Positions 48,010 to 57,729 of a DNA stretch of 57,729 nt are shown here, piece by piece. A model generated the notes under the pieces. It was not told the origin of the DNA, ran no database searches, and worked only from the letters and a program-made list of their open reading frames with translations. Position 1 is the first letter of the stretch. Each line of letters opens with the position of its first letter. This stretch comes from a virus (lineage: Duplodnaviria; Caudoviricetes), in the IMG/VR virus record IMGVR_UViG_3300036900_000129, positions 1 through 57,729 of that record; one strand, written 5' to 3'. Made by a program: the position numbers and the translations under genes.

Positions 48010-49797
48010 TCAACCACCATGCTCAGCCATGAAGAACACACCTGAAGCGCACACCTGGTCACCCGTCACCTCAGCCAGGCCGTTGCTGCGCAGCGTCGAC
48101 AGGTAAGACCCGAACGTGCCGCCGCCCTGCTCGATCCCGGCCGCCTCGGCAAGCTCAGCGCGGCTGACGCTCGCCGGGTACACGGCCAGCAGGTGGTCAA
48201 GCATGGCCCGTGCGCCGGCCTTGAGCGCGGACCGCCACTGCTCACGGATCTCTGCGGCAGTCATCGGCTCGCCAGGCTCAACCCCGGCAGCGGCAAGCCC
48301 TGCCGGGGTGATCAGTACCAGGCCGTTTTCCTCGGTGATCAGGCCGTTAGTGCGGAGCGCGGAGAAGTAGCTGCCGAACGTGCCGCCTGACTTCTTGACG
48401 CTGCCAAGGGTTGCAAGTTGACCCCGGGTGACCTTAACCGGGTGCTGGCGGGCCAGCGCGGTGAGCATCCGCATTGCCCCGGCCTTGAGGTGCGGCACGT
48501 TACCAGATGCAGGTTCCTGCCGCGCCGCTCCCGGCGCAGCACGCGGACGCACAACTGGCGGGCGGGTCATGGTTGCAGCAGCAGGCCGGCTGACCTGGGC
48601 GAGCGCCAGTTCGATACCCCCGGTGATGTCCCGAAGGCCCGTGACGGCTTGCTCAAGCGCTGCCATGTCACCAGGGGACAGGACGGGTACCTCAATGCGC
48701 TCAGGCGGCCGGGCACGTTCGGCATTCAGCTGATCCGTCAAGGCGGCGACCTGCGCCCGCAGCTCAGCGGCCTCTGCCGGCTGGCGGGTGGCCAGTTGCC
48801 GCTCAAGCTCACCGATACGCCGCCGCAACACTACCGGGTCGTTGACTTCCGCTGCCTTGATAAGCGCGTCCATCCGCTTCAGGAGAGCACCCAGGTTGAT
48901 GTCCGCCAGTGTTGCGGGACGCTGCGCCCGCCTGGTCATGGTCGGGGTGGCACCGGAATCGAAGGTGCTGCGCTGCCTGAACTTGACGCGCTGAACCGCC
49001 GGCTGCCCGTGCCGCACCAGCCATTGCGGGGAGATCACCCAGCCTTCACCGTCAGCAAGAGACGGCAGCGACTCGACTATCTCCCGGCTCTGCGCATGGT
49101 AGTCAACCCATGCCTTGATGGCGGCCCTGTCCTGCGGGCTGGTAGTACGCATGGCGATCAGCGTTTCCGCTTGCGTCAGCACGTCCTTGTTGACGACTGC
49201 GCTGCGCTGGCTGAGCAGCGTCACCCCGAGACCGAACGAGCCGCCTTGCTTGACCAGCCGGGACCAGACGCCGACACACCGCGTCTGGTCCTGCATCACC
49301 CGCTGGGGCAGGTACTCGTCGGCTTCCTCAAGGAACAGGTGCCGTGGCTGCGGGTCCTTACGGTGCAGCCTGAACAGGTGCTCACCGAAATCCGCGAGGA
49401 ACCGCATCTGCGCGGCCTTGGACGGGAAGTCAGACACGTCCAAGATGCACGTCAGGTTCTCCGCGACGATGATCTCCGCGATGAGGTGACCGGACTCGGG
49501 TGTAAGCGGCAGGTCACCATGCAGGCCGCCGAATACCGGGACAGCCAGCCCGGGGCCCTGCCCGTCACCGGATGCCCGCAGCCCCCACCAGTCGCCTTTC
49601 GGGTCGATGGCCGCCCACGGCAGCCGTGCGTAGTACATCTCCTCAGCGAGTACCGCCCCGGTGTTCGACTTCCCGGCCCGCCTGACAGCAAGGATCGCCG
49701 CTGACTGCGTAACCATGTCAGCTGGGAGAGTCAGGGTCAGCCCCATGTTCAGGCTGCTGCGCGCCTGCACCGTTACAGCCTTGGCTTTAGCGGGCAT
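48010..49797 (-). CDS. HerA/FtsK-superfamily ATPase (DUF87/DUF853-like) with coiled coil and two winged helices
   Basis: AVRRAGKS, IDPKG, LFLEEAD and LSQR motifs; duplicated LKAGA..GGTFGSY.S.LR.NGL. Confidence 0.8.
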   Translation of the reverse strand: MPAKAKAVTVQARSSLNMGLTLTLPADMVTQSAAILAVRRAGKSNTGAVLAEEMYYARLPWAAIDPKGDWWGLRASGDGQGPGLAVPVFGGLHGDLPLTPESGHLIAEIIVAENLTCILDVSDFPSKAAQMRFLADFGEHLFRLHRKDPQPRHLFLEEADEYLPQRVMQDQTRCVGVWSRLVKQGGSFGLGVTLLSQRSAVVNKDVLTQAETLIAMRTTSPQDRAAIKAWVDYHAQSREIVESLPSLADGEGWVISPQWLVRHGQPAVQRVKFRQRSTFDSGATPTMTRRAQRPATLADINLGALLKRMDALIKAAEVNDPVVLRRRIGELERQLATRQPAEAAELRAQVAALTDQLNAERARPPERIEVPVLSPGDMAALEQAVTGLRDITGGIELALAQVSRPAAATMTRPPVVRPRAAPGAARQEPASGNVPHLKAGAMRMLTALARQHPVKVTRGQLATLGSVKKSGGTFGSYFSALRTNGLITEENGLVLITPAGLAAAGVEPGEPMTAAEIREQWRSALKAGARAMLDHLLAVYPASVSRAELAEAAGIEQGGGTFGSYLSTLRSNGLAEVTGDQVCASGVFFMAEHGG

Positions 49798-49972
49798 CGG
49801 CTGTTCCTCTCTCGGTTTGCTGTTCCTGCTGCTGTGTCCACTCGTCGGCCAGCATCACGAGCACCTGGCTCATGGTCATGCGGCGCAGCGCGCACGCGGC
49901 CTTGAAACGGGCGCGCAGGTCATCAGGGAAGCTGCTGACTTCGAGCTTCTGGTTTCTGTCCCTGGTGTCCAT
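49787..49972 (-). CDS. Ribbon-helix-helix DNA-binding protein
   Basis: LEVSSFPDDLRARFKAACALRRMTMSQVLVML. Confidence 0.7.
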   Translation of the reverse strand: MDTRDRNQKLEVSSFPDDLRARFKAACALRRMTMSQVLVMLADEWTQQQEQQTERGTADAR

Positions 49973-50332
49973 TCAGGCCACTTCCTTGATCTGGTAGTCC
50001 GCCGTGAGCAGCACGAGCCCGCGCCTGTGGTGGAGGACGGGTATCAGCTCTGGCGGCTGGGTGGCGTGCCGACTGATGATCCAGCCGTTCGCCCTGGCTT
50101 CGGCGCTGTGATGATGCACCCATCCATGGCAAAGCTCCACGCCGTCAGCGTCGGACAGGTTGTTGCCGAACCCGCACAGCGTGATCCGGTTCTGCGGGCC
50201 GTCGATCACCACCCCGCCGCTCTTGAGCAACCGGTGATGACAGTTCGACAGCCGCCCGCCCGGGGCCAGCGCCATCCCGCAGCGGAAGCACTGGTACCCG
50301 TCCCGGGCCATCACGTCCAAGGCGATGCTCAC
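49973..50332 (-). CDS. HNH endonuclease
   Basis: RDGYQCFRC..HHR..N.ITLC..CHGWVH. Confidence 0.8.
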   Translation of the reverse strand: MSIALDVMARDGYQCFRCGMALAPGGRLSNCHHRLLKSGGVVIDGPQNRITLCGFGNNLSDADGVELCHGWVHHHSAEARANGWIISRHATQPPELIPVLHHRRGLVLLTADYQIKEVA

Positions 50333-50550
50333 CGGCCTCGCCTCCGCATGTTCCGCACCCGTCCGAGCACGGCCATCGCTGTCATGACCGGGCCCAGCAG
50401 GATGGTTGACACCACGTCCACCAGCCAGGGGAGAGGCAGCAGCGCCAGCAGCACGCAGATGAACGCGACCAGGCACCAAACCACCGCCAGTGCCTCAGCG
50501 CTCTCTGACAGCGCCTTGCGTACCGTGTACCGTTCCGCATGGTCGTTCAC
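50329..50550 (-). CDS. Small two-TM membrane protein
   Basis: Two hydrophobic stretches and a basic tail. Confidence 0.6.
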   Translation of the reverse strand: MNDHAERYTVRKALSESAEALAVVWCLVAFICVLLALLPLPWLVDVVSTILLGPVMTAMAVLGRVRNMRRRGR

Positions 50551-50834
50551 CGCTGGCCTGCTTTCCGCTCATGCCGGGCGAGCGCAGCCTTACCGTTGCG
50601 GGTGAGTTTCCACTGCCACGGCTTGCCCATGTGCTCCCGGCTGCGTTCCACCAGGCCGAGCCGCCGGCATTCCGTCAACTGCTCGAAGATGAACATCCAG
50701 TCGGTTTCACCGATGTTGCCCAGGTCAGCGATCTCACCGGCCGTTGCCTGCTGCGGCGTACCGGGGTCAGCAACGAGGTAACGCATGATCCGCCATGCGT
50801 AGTCGCTGAGCATGTCCAGGTTTGCGCTGGTCAC
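50547..50834 (-). CDS. Winged-helix DNA-binding protein
   Basis: IMRYL..TAGEIA..L....LGLVER..WKLTRNGK. Confidence 0.65.
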   Translation of the reverse strand: MTSANLDMLSDYAWRIMRYLVADPGTPQQATAGEIADLGNIGETDWMFIFEQLTECRRLGLVERSREHMGKPWQWKLTRNGKAALARHERKAGQR

Positions 50835-51878
50835 GTCTGTACCTCCCCGGCTGGGAGCGGCCAAGCGCCCAGGCAGCCAGCGCCGCCGCCACCGGAGTTA
50901 GGACCACCCGGGGCACCGTCGATCCCCGTAGAACCGTTCGGGCACAGGCCGCCGTGCCCGCCTTCCTCGGTTGCCCCGCAGTACGCGCAGGGCGGGGCGT
51001 CCGGGTCACGGCCATGCCCGCCGCCACCTAGGGCGATGCCGTAATGGTTCAGCATCTCTTTCTGCCGGGCCACGCTGATCCCGTGCTCGGTGGCCTGCGC
51101 GCACCATGCGCGGATGATCCGCTGCAACTGCACCGCGCGCTCGTCGCCGCCCTCGGCCTGCCAGGCGCGGAGGAACGCGGCGATCTTCTGGCTGTCCTCG
51201 GTCTCGGTCAATTGGGTCTCCTCACTGATCTTGTCGGCCTCGCCAGCCATCGCATACAGCGCCCACCTGGTCGCCGCAATCGGGTACAGGTCCGGCGTAA
51301 GGCCGTCAGTGGAACGGAACTTGCTGACAGGGATCGCGTCAGCGCCTGCGCGGAGTACCCGCGCCCACTGGGCCGGCGTCATAGCGGCTCGTCCAGTTCG
51401 CGGACTACCTCGCCGTAACCCTGGTTAGTGATCGCGAACTTGATGAAGCCGGGGTCACCGAAGACCCGGACGACGTAGCAGCCGTCCACCTTCGTGTAGT
51501 CGGGTGCCCCGACGACGGCGGCGCGGCCTAGCTGCTGAACGGTCTGGTCCAGCATGGCGGGGTCCTCGGTGCGGACGAGGATGTCGGTTGCACGCGGCAC
51601 GGTCATGGGGCATCCTCGAATGTCACGGTGTACGCGGTGAGCGGCCGGTTCGGGCGGTCGTCGTCCCGCAGCGGGACGGTCACCGACTGGGCCCGCCACG
51701 CCTCGAACGCGGTCATCATCGACGCGAACACCAGCGCTTCACACCGGTCCCGTGTCCAGATGGCATCCCCGCGTCCCTCGCGGGCTTCCAGGTCGTACGC
51801 CTTGAGGTACTTGCCTTCCAGGCCGGGCAGCGGACCGCCTGCGCAGCGGATGACAACTGGTTTAGTCATGCTGCTCAC
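50831..51878 (-). CDS. Three hypothetical genes (50831-51382, 51379-51606, 51603-51878)
   Basis: Coupled ORFs. Confidence 0.65.
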
Positions 51879-52812
51879 CGGTATCTGCGGCCGGCGGAAG
51901 AACAGCGGTCGGCGTGAGCACGCCTTCCTCGTCGTCTTCGGCTGAGCCGATCATCGCGGGGTTGCTGCCGGGCAGCGGGTCAGACTGGGCGGCAGCCAGC
52001 GCCGCCGCCATCTGGTACTGGTACTCCGTGGAATGCGGCACCTGCCCGTACAGGCGGCGGATGCTGGTCTTCCGCCACATCATGTGGGTGTCCTTGCCCT
52101 CGGCGGGCCAGGCCGGTCCCCAGAACCCGTCACCGCCCTGGCGGGCTGCCGCTGACCTTGACCGGTATGACAGCACCTCCTCCACGCCCAGCACCACCGG
52201 CTGCGAGTGCCCGCCGGCGGTCATCGCCGCGCACGCCCACACGCCGGTCAGGAACCCGCGCTTGGACTGCGAACCGAGACCGCGCTGGTTGTACTCGTTG
52301 GCGGGGATCTCATGGAACGGCACGTCCAGGCCCGGCTGCCAGTCGAACTTGTCATGCTGCCGCACCACGTGACAGTGGACAGCGGTGACCGCGCCCGTGC
52401 GGTACACCATTTCCAGCATCCCCTTGTAACCCACGATCGGGCTGATGCTGTAAGTGCCCTTGTCCGGGTTCGGCTGGTTCCCCACCTTGTCCCGGTTGTC
52501 CCGGTAAGGGACCATGTAGAACTGGTCGGTACCCGGCACCAGGCCCAGGCGGGCGCACTCAGCCAGGGCGGTGAAGAACGTGTCGGGGTGCTGCCACAGC
52601 GCCATGTGCAGCTGGGGGCTGCCACGGCGGATCGCGGCGATGCCGAGCTCCACGAACTGCACCGCGTCCACGTGCTGCGGTGCTACCTTGTCGAACCAGC
52701 CGCGATGCTGCCGCACCTTCTCCACGGCCAGGTCAACAGCCTTGGCCATTGCGCCTTCACGGGGGGTCTGCCGCTGGGTGGCGACGGCACCGCGGATTGT
52801 GTTGTCAGGCAT
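51862..52812 (-). CDS. recT: RecT-family single-strand annealing protein
   Basis: CARLGL.P..YMVPY..VGYKGM..YRTG..D.F..MWRKT.IRR. Confidence 0.9.
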   Translation of the reverse strand: MPDNTIRGAVATQRQTPREGAMAKAVDLAVEKVRQHRGWFDKVAPQHVDAVQFVELGIAAIRRGSPQLHMALWQHPDTFFTALAECARLGLVPGTDQFYMVPYRDNRDKVGNQPNPDKGTYSISPIVGYKGMLEMVYRTGAVTAVHCHVVRQHDKFDWQPGLDVPFHEIPANEYNQRGLGSQSKRGFLTGVWACAAMTAGGHSQPVVLGVEEVLSYRSRSAAARQGGDGFWGPAWPAEGKDTHMMWRKTSIRRLYGQVPHSTEYQYQMAAALAAAQSDPLPGSNPAMIGSAEDDEEGVLTPTAVLPPAADTGEQHD

Positions 52813-52850
52813 TGGTGTCCTCTCGTTGCGGCCGCCTGCTTGCGGCCTGG

Positions 52851-54344
52851 TTACATTGGCTCTGCCTTCGCCTGGTATTTGGCGAAGTTCCTGCGGAGCA
52901 CGACTTCCATCCCGTGGGCTTGCGGGAAGCCGAGGATGCGTATCCTCACGGCGTCACGCAGGTCGATGCCGAGTGCTTCGGCTATCTCCTCGCGGGTGAA
53001 GGTGAGCCGGTGCGGGGCAGGCTGGTACTTCACAGCGCCGGCGTCCCGTCTTCCACGGGCACCAGCACCATGCCGCCTGTGATCTTGACGGGGCTGCTGG
53101 CCAGGTGCGAAGCCAGCATTGACCCTTCGGCGGCGCTGGCCATGGCCAACCCGAGGAACACCTCGCGTAGCGCCAGATCCAGGGCTGCTATGCGCTGCTC
53201 AGCGGTCAGGTCGTGGTCCTGGTCCAGTTCACCGAGCCGCACCATGCGGATCATCAGCTGTTCCTTTCTCGTCGCAACTGGGCCGGCACCTCAGCCGGTG
53301 CCGGCTTGTTGTCGTACGGGCAGGGCTGGCCGTAATCAACCGGGACCACCACCGTGCCGTCTGCGGCGATCAGCCCATCGGGGAAGCGGTCACCCAGCAC
53401 CTCAGCCATGATCTGCAAAGCTGCGGCCAGCGCGTCGATCTTCTGCTCGGTGGTCAGGCCCGCGTCGTTCAGCTGGTCGAGCCGCACCATGCGGATCATG
53501 CGCGGATCGCCTTCGGCTCATGTGAGTGGCCCTGGCTTGCCGGCCAGCGGCGGTGCTGGTCTTCGTGGGCGTGCTCAAGTTGCCAGGTGGGGAAGCCGTC
53601 CGGGTACATGCCGGTTGGCCCCGTGCGCAGCCCGATGCCGGGATGGCATTCGGTCAGGTGCCGTCGCAGGCCGTCCAGCGGCTCAGGCACCTGGTAAGCG
53701 ACGCCGGCCAGCAGTTCCTCAGTGCCACGGAACACCTGCACCGCATGGCCGGTGTTACGGATGTGAGCGGCGGCGGTCTCACGGAACTGCTCGTGCTCCT
53801 GCTGCGGCCGGCGCATCCGCGCGGCATCGCAGTTGATGCACGCCCAGTAGGCGGACTGGGAGACACCCAGGCTGGTCACCAGGTAGTCAGCCATGGTTGC
53901 CGTCCCAGGGGCAGTTCTTGCAGCAGCAGCCGGGACCGTGCTCGAATACCTCTGCGCCGACCTCGCCCAGCAGGTCCGTTAGCGCGGCGGCGGCCTCGTC
54001 GGTCGGGAGCGTTACCAGCAGGTACCTCAACACGGCCTCCCGTACATGTCGTAGCCGCGTGCCCGCTCAACCGGGCCGGGCTCGTGCGCGGCCATGGTGT
54101 CGGACAGCCGCAGGTACGCTGACCAGGTGACAGGCGCTATGCCGTCCGGGCAGGCACGCGGGTCGTAGGCGTCGTACAGCCCCGCCGTGACCCGCTGCTC
54201 GTCGGTCATGTCGTCGTACGGCGGCAGGAGTTCCTGATTGTCACCCCACAGGTCCCGCTGCAACTGCCGGTAGGCGTCCCGGCCAGCCTGATCACGGCGT
54301 GCGCTGCGGAGCCGGTCAAGGTCACCGAACGTCGGGTCATCCAT
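52851..54344 (-). CDS. Six small genes (52851-53033, 53030-53254, 53254-53499, 53496-53894, 53887-54033, 54027-54344)
   Basis: Coupled ORFs; 53030 and 53254 are paralogues; 53887-54033 is a 48-aa CCCKNC ORF not in the track. Confidence 0.65.
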
Positions 54345-54345
54345 C

Positions 54346-55446
54346 TCAGCGGCCCAGCTTCATCCACCGCTGGCCGGGTGCCCACTTGTCCACGGGCGTC
54401 TTCCTGGTGTACCTGGCGGCGGTCGCGGGCTCATGAGCGCGCAGTTCGCCAACGTCGATGGTCTCCATCTCGTAGGTGCTGCGGTTCAGCACGTTCACGT
54501 CCTTGCCGGGCCGCTCAGGGTCGGGGACCACGATGTGCTGCGCGCCGCCTGCCTTTTGAGCCAGCTGGTTCTGAAGGAGCCCGTACTTCCGCTCGGCCCG
54601 CTTCATGGCCAGGTACGCGCTCTTGAGCCGGCGGGCGTCCCGCAGCGTGGCCCGGTAGCTGGTATCCGGCTGCATCGGCGTCAGGGTGCGCAGCGCACGG
54701 GCCGACTCGGGGCTCCAGTCGAGATCCGGGGCGTCGCCCCTGGTGAGCCGGTCAAGGAACGCTGCGGCCTCCTTGACCATCAGCTCCATGTCCTCGGCGG
54801 CGTCAGCGGTGCGCTGCACCACGTACAGCTCCGTCTTCCACGACCCCATGAACTGGACCGGCACGTACACCGTGTCGGAACCCCAGATCATCATCTGCCA
54901 GTACGCCTGGGCCTTGTAGTGGACGGGGATCTGGTCGGAGTACGGCTCACCCCACAGCAGGGTTCCGTCGATGTCGTGGCGGCTGATCGCGGTCTTGGCC
55001 TCGACCGGGACCATCATCGCTCGCAGCTCGTCACGCAGGGCAGGGTTCGTGTCGTCGTCGGGCACGCTGGTGCCGAACAGCGGCAGGCGGGCACCTGCGG
55101 TGTCACGGCTGACGGCGAAGCGGTCGTAGCTCGCGCTCATCCACGGGCAGTCGGCGTCACGGTACAGGCCGCCCGGCAGCACCATCAGGTCCGGGCGCAT
55201 GTTGGCGAACTGGGCGGTGACGTAGGATTCCAGTACCCGGCCGCGTTCCATGTCGTCGTTCTCGTCGTTGACGCGCTCACCGGTTGTCTTCTCCACGTAC
55301 AGGCTGAACGGGTTGCCGTGGGTGCGCGGCGCGATGCCGAGCAGGACGGCGACCTCCGATGACCCGATGCTGGCTTCCCGGTAGTCCTCCCACTCGTCCG
55401 GGTGCCTGGCGATCTCGTCGGCGGTCATGAGCAGCTTCGCTGCCAT
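54346..55446 (-). CDS. YqaJ/RecE-like exonuclease
   Basis: IGSSEV..MERG..LE..ASYD..VEAKT..Y.AQ..WQM; same operon as RecT. Confidence 0.88.
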   Translation of the reverse strand: MAAKLLMTADEIARHPDEWEDYREASIGSSEVAVLLGIAPRTHGNPFSLYVEKTTGERVNDENDDMERGRVLESYVTAQFANMRPDLMVLPGGLYRDADCPWMSASYDRFAVSRDTAGARLPLFGTSVPDDDTNPALRDELRAMMVPVEAKTAISRHDIDGTLLWGEPYSDQIPVHYKAQAYWQMMIWGSDTVYVPVQFMGSWKTELYVVQRTADAAEDMELMVKEAAAFLDRLTRGDAPDLDWSPESARALRTLTPMQPDTSYRATLRDARRLKSAYLAMKRAERKYGLLQNQLAQKAGGAQHIVVPDPERPGKDVNVLNRSTYEMETIDVGELRAHEPATAARYTRKTPVDKWAPGQRWMKLGR

Positions 55447-55636
55447 TGGTGGCCCCTCTCTGGTTGCCAGTGGTTTCCATGTAACCACTACTGTACGGGA
55501 TACCCATGACATTCGGGGTGACTGGGGTACTGGCGTGTTGCCGCTGGCAGCATCCCCGTACTGGGGTTATCATGGGCAGCGGAAGTTCGGTGGTCCGCGA
55601 ACCAGGCTCGCGTCATCGGTGCTCCCCTCTCAAGCG

Positions 55637-55672
55637 GAAGCCCCCCCGGTTCTCACACGTCGGGGGGGCTTC
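55637..55672. terminator. Hairpin terminator
   Basis: gaagcccccccg / cgggggggcttc. Confidence 0.7.
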
Positions 55673-55684
55673 GGCCGTTACCGC

Positions 55685-57083
55685 CTAGGTGGGTATGCCC
55701 AGGTAACCGACGTCGATGACGCACGCCCCGTAGACCTCGATGTGCCTGGTCTGGAACGCGAACTGAACGTCCCCGCCGTCAAAGCTGGTGCCGTCAGGCA
55801 AGGTCACCTCACTGAAGTCCGTCAGCTTCCGGGTGCCGTCCTGCCACTGCACCGCCAGCAGCCCGTACGGGGCCTTGCCCAGCAGTGCCGTGCCCGGCGC
55901 CCCGTCCAGTCCGCGGACTTCAAGGGTGTCGTCGTCGTTGCCCGACATGTCGATAACCAGGTACTCCTTGACCTTCCGCATCACGGTTTCTGACATGGTG
56001 CCGTCTCCTCTCCCTTGCACGCGCGCTCGGATGGCGCGTGAAGATCTCAGTTGCCCAGTGTTCGCAGCAGGTCGTGCAGCGGCGAGTCTTCCCCGGGGAA
56101 CAGCAGCCGTGTCTCCCGGCTCTCAGCCCAGTCGGTGAGCTGAAGCCTCAGCGCTTCCTGTTCCACGCGAGTCAGGATGCGCTTACCTGTGTAGTGCAGG
56201 CGGTGCTGGGCGAACCGGCCGGCGTTCCATCCGCGCTGGAAGCAGTTGCCCGGCTGCGGGTACATGGTGGTTGCCGTAAGGTCGCAGGCCGCGCCCTGGT
56301 CGAAGCCGGTCTCGTAGTTAGGGCAGTCCACGTGCTCAGGGGTGCCTGTGGCCATGCGGTGCAGTTCCACGCGGCGCTGTGCTCCCTCCTCGTCAGGCTG
56401 ACGGGCGCTGGTACCCAGGCGGCAGCCGTCTGAGCAGGTGACCAGGTACCCGCCGCCGTCTGCGGGCGCGTAGGTGACGATGTGTGTCATGGCGTGTTCC
56501 TCTCTACTTGCACCAGGTAACGGTGACGTCGGGTTGGACCGGCTCACCGTGCAGCAGGATTTCCCGCGCCATCAGCGCAGGGTTCATGTACGACGGTGCG
56601 GTGATCCGCATCAGCGGCGTCCCGTTCAGCTTTATTAGCCAGGTGCTCTGGTGTGTCATGGTGCATCCCTCTCTCACGCTGCGTCGCGCGCAGCGTTGAT
56701 CTCGTCCACGGTCCATCCGTGGTTAAGCAGCCACATCCGCGCTGACAGGCGAATCTTCATCGCGCGGGGTGACGTTCCTGGTTCCCGCAGCAGCGCCACC
56801 GCGTTGATCTCCAGCGCGTGCAGCAGCCCGTTCGGGCGCGGCTTGCCGTCCCGGCCGTAGCCGGTCACTGCGCGGTCCCCACGCACATGCCGTCGATGGT
56901 GACAAAGCCGCAGGTGCACTTGAAGCCGACGCGGACCTTGACGGGCTCGCCGTCGCGGGCGCAGGTGCGTACGCGGTAGGAGGTCACCTCAGCCTCAACT
57001 CCGCAGCCGGCGCACTCAGGCGCGAGCGGCAGGGTGGTGAGCACGCCGTCGCTGTCGCGTCGCACGTTCAGGGTGGTGGCCAT
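55685..57083 (-). CDS. Five hypothetical genes (55685-55996, 56047-56490, 56504-56659, 56674-56868, 56865-57083)
   Basis: GAGAGG-type RBSs; several CxxC/CxC motifs. Confidence 0.65.
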
Positions 57084-57094
57084 CGTTACCTCTC

Positions 57095-57415
57095 TTACTT
57101 CTCGTTGATCTCGGCCACGCGCGCCGCGTACCGCTTGATAAGGGTCTGTCCGGTGACCCGCTGGCTCGCGGGCTTGTCCGCGCTCATGCTCAGCGCGATG
57201 TCGTTCCACTTGTAGTCCTTGGCGCGCAGGGCGGCCATGACGCGCACGGCTGCGCGTTCCATCTCGGCGGCCAGTTCGAACATCTCGGCCATCACCCAGG
57301 GGTCTTCGCCGGCTGCGCGGGCTTCGAGGCTGCGGGTCTGCCGGGCGATTCCCTTGAGCATGTCCTGGGTGACCTGCTCGTCGGTCTTGGGGGTCCGGTT
57401 CCGGTTCTGCGCCAT
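57095..57415 (-). CDS. HTH DNA-binding protein, candidate regulator
   Basis: LRAKDYKWNDIA..VTGQTLIKRY; first gene after the best operator copy. Confidence 0.65.
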   Translation of the reverse strand: MAQNRNRTPKTDEQVTQDMLKGIARQTRSLEARAAGEDPWVMAEMFELAAEMERAAVRVMAALRAKDYKWNDIALSMSADKPASQRVTGQTLIKRYAARVAEINEK

Positions 57416-57455
57416 GGTCCGCTCCTTAGCTGCACTACCAACTTGTTACAGCTAC

Positions 57456-57496
57456 AACATACCACCTACTACCTACATGTTGGTAGTAGGATGGCC
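57456..57496 (-). promoter_or_regulatory. 26-bp palindromic operator with extended -10
   Basis: CCTACTACC-tACATGTt-GGTAGTAGG at 57465-57490; TGgTATGTT on the minus strand. Confidence 0.75.
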
Positions 57497-57729
57497 TTTT
57501 CCGGGACAATAAAACCGCAGGGCGCACTCCCCGGACGGGAGCTGGGAAACGCCGCAGGCCGCCTCAGAACAGCAACCGGACCAACGACCCCGGAACGGCA
57601 CCCGGAACCGCCTGAAACGGCCCCTGCGCGCACCACGCCGGCCGCCGCGAATACTGGGTCAAACCACGGTGGCAGCGGTAGGGTTACCCCACAAAGTCGT
57701 AAGGGCCGCGCCCGCGCCCGAAGGCGTGT

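Larger units (their letters stand above)
1..57729. mobile_element. Actinobacteriophage-like siphovirus genome or prophage segment
   Basis: Complete ordered head-tail-lysis module on +, dense small early-type genes on -, no host housekeeping genes. Confidence 0.93.

Noticed and set aside
55619-55647. GTGCTCCCCTCTCAAGCGG resembles a type I-E CRISPR repeat start (solitary repeat/RNA anti-CRISPR idea)
   Set aside because: The repeat's internal hairpin is absent and the 3' half does not match; better explained as a reverse-complement SD
1-57729. Genome-wide TAG recoding
   Set aside because: Terminase, protease, capsid and others end at TAG at expected lengths with the next gene following; no suppressor tRNA seen
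57540-57729. Short cccggaac repeats as origin or terminus
   Set aside because: Only two or three loose copies at the window edge; insufficient context

Overview
High-GC (roughly two-thirds G+C by eye) tailed-phage sequence that looks like most of an actinobacteriophage (siphovirus-type) genome. Left arm (+ strand, ~2.2-30.9 kb): a fibre/glycosyltransferase module placed before the terminase, then terminase, portal-MuF fusion, protease/scaffold, capsid, head-tail and tail genes, tape measure, minor tail proteins, GH25 endolysin and holin. Right arm (- strand, ~31-57.4 kb): about 55 mostly small genes, including RecE/RecT, HNH, endonuclease VII, a HerA-like ATPase with tandem winged helices and a DUF2637-like membrane/HTH protein, driven by repeated extended -10 promoters that overlap a palindromic operator. 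I see no integrase, DNA polymerase, tRNA or CRISPR array. Strongest unexplained signals: (1) the DUF2637-like gene is tiled with about 35 copies of TCGCA in both orientations, suggesting a protein that binds its own gene and tethers it to the membrane; (2) two adjacent YraN-like proteins that lack catalytic residues; (3) several structured intergenic RNA candidates; (4) four tandem small proteins sharing an ENE/NENSG motif. All family names come from motif recognition by eye; no searches were run.
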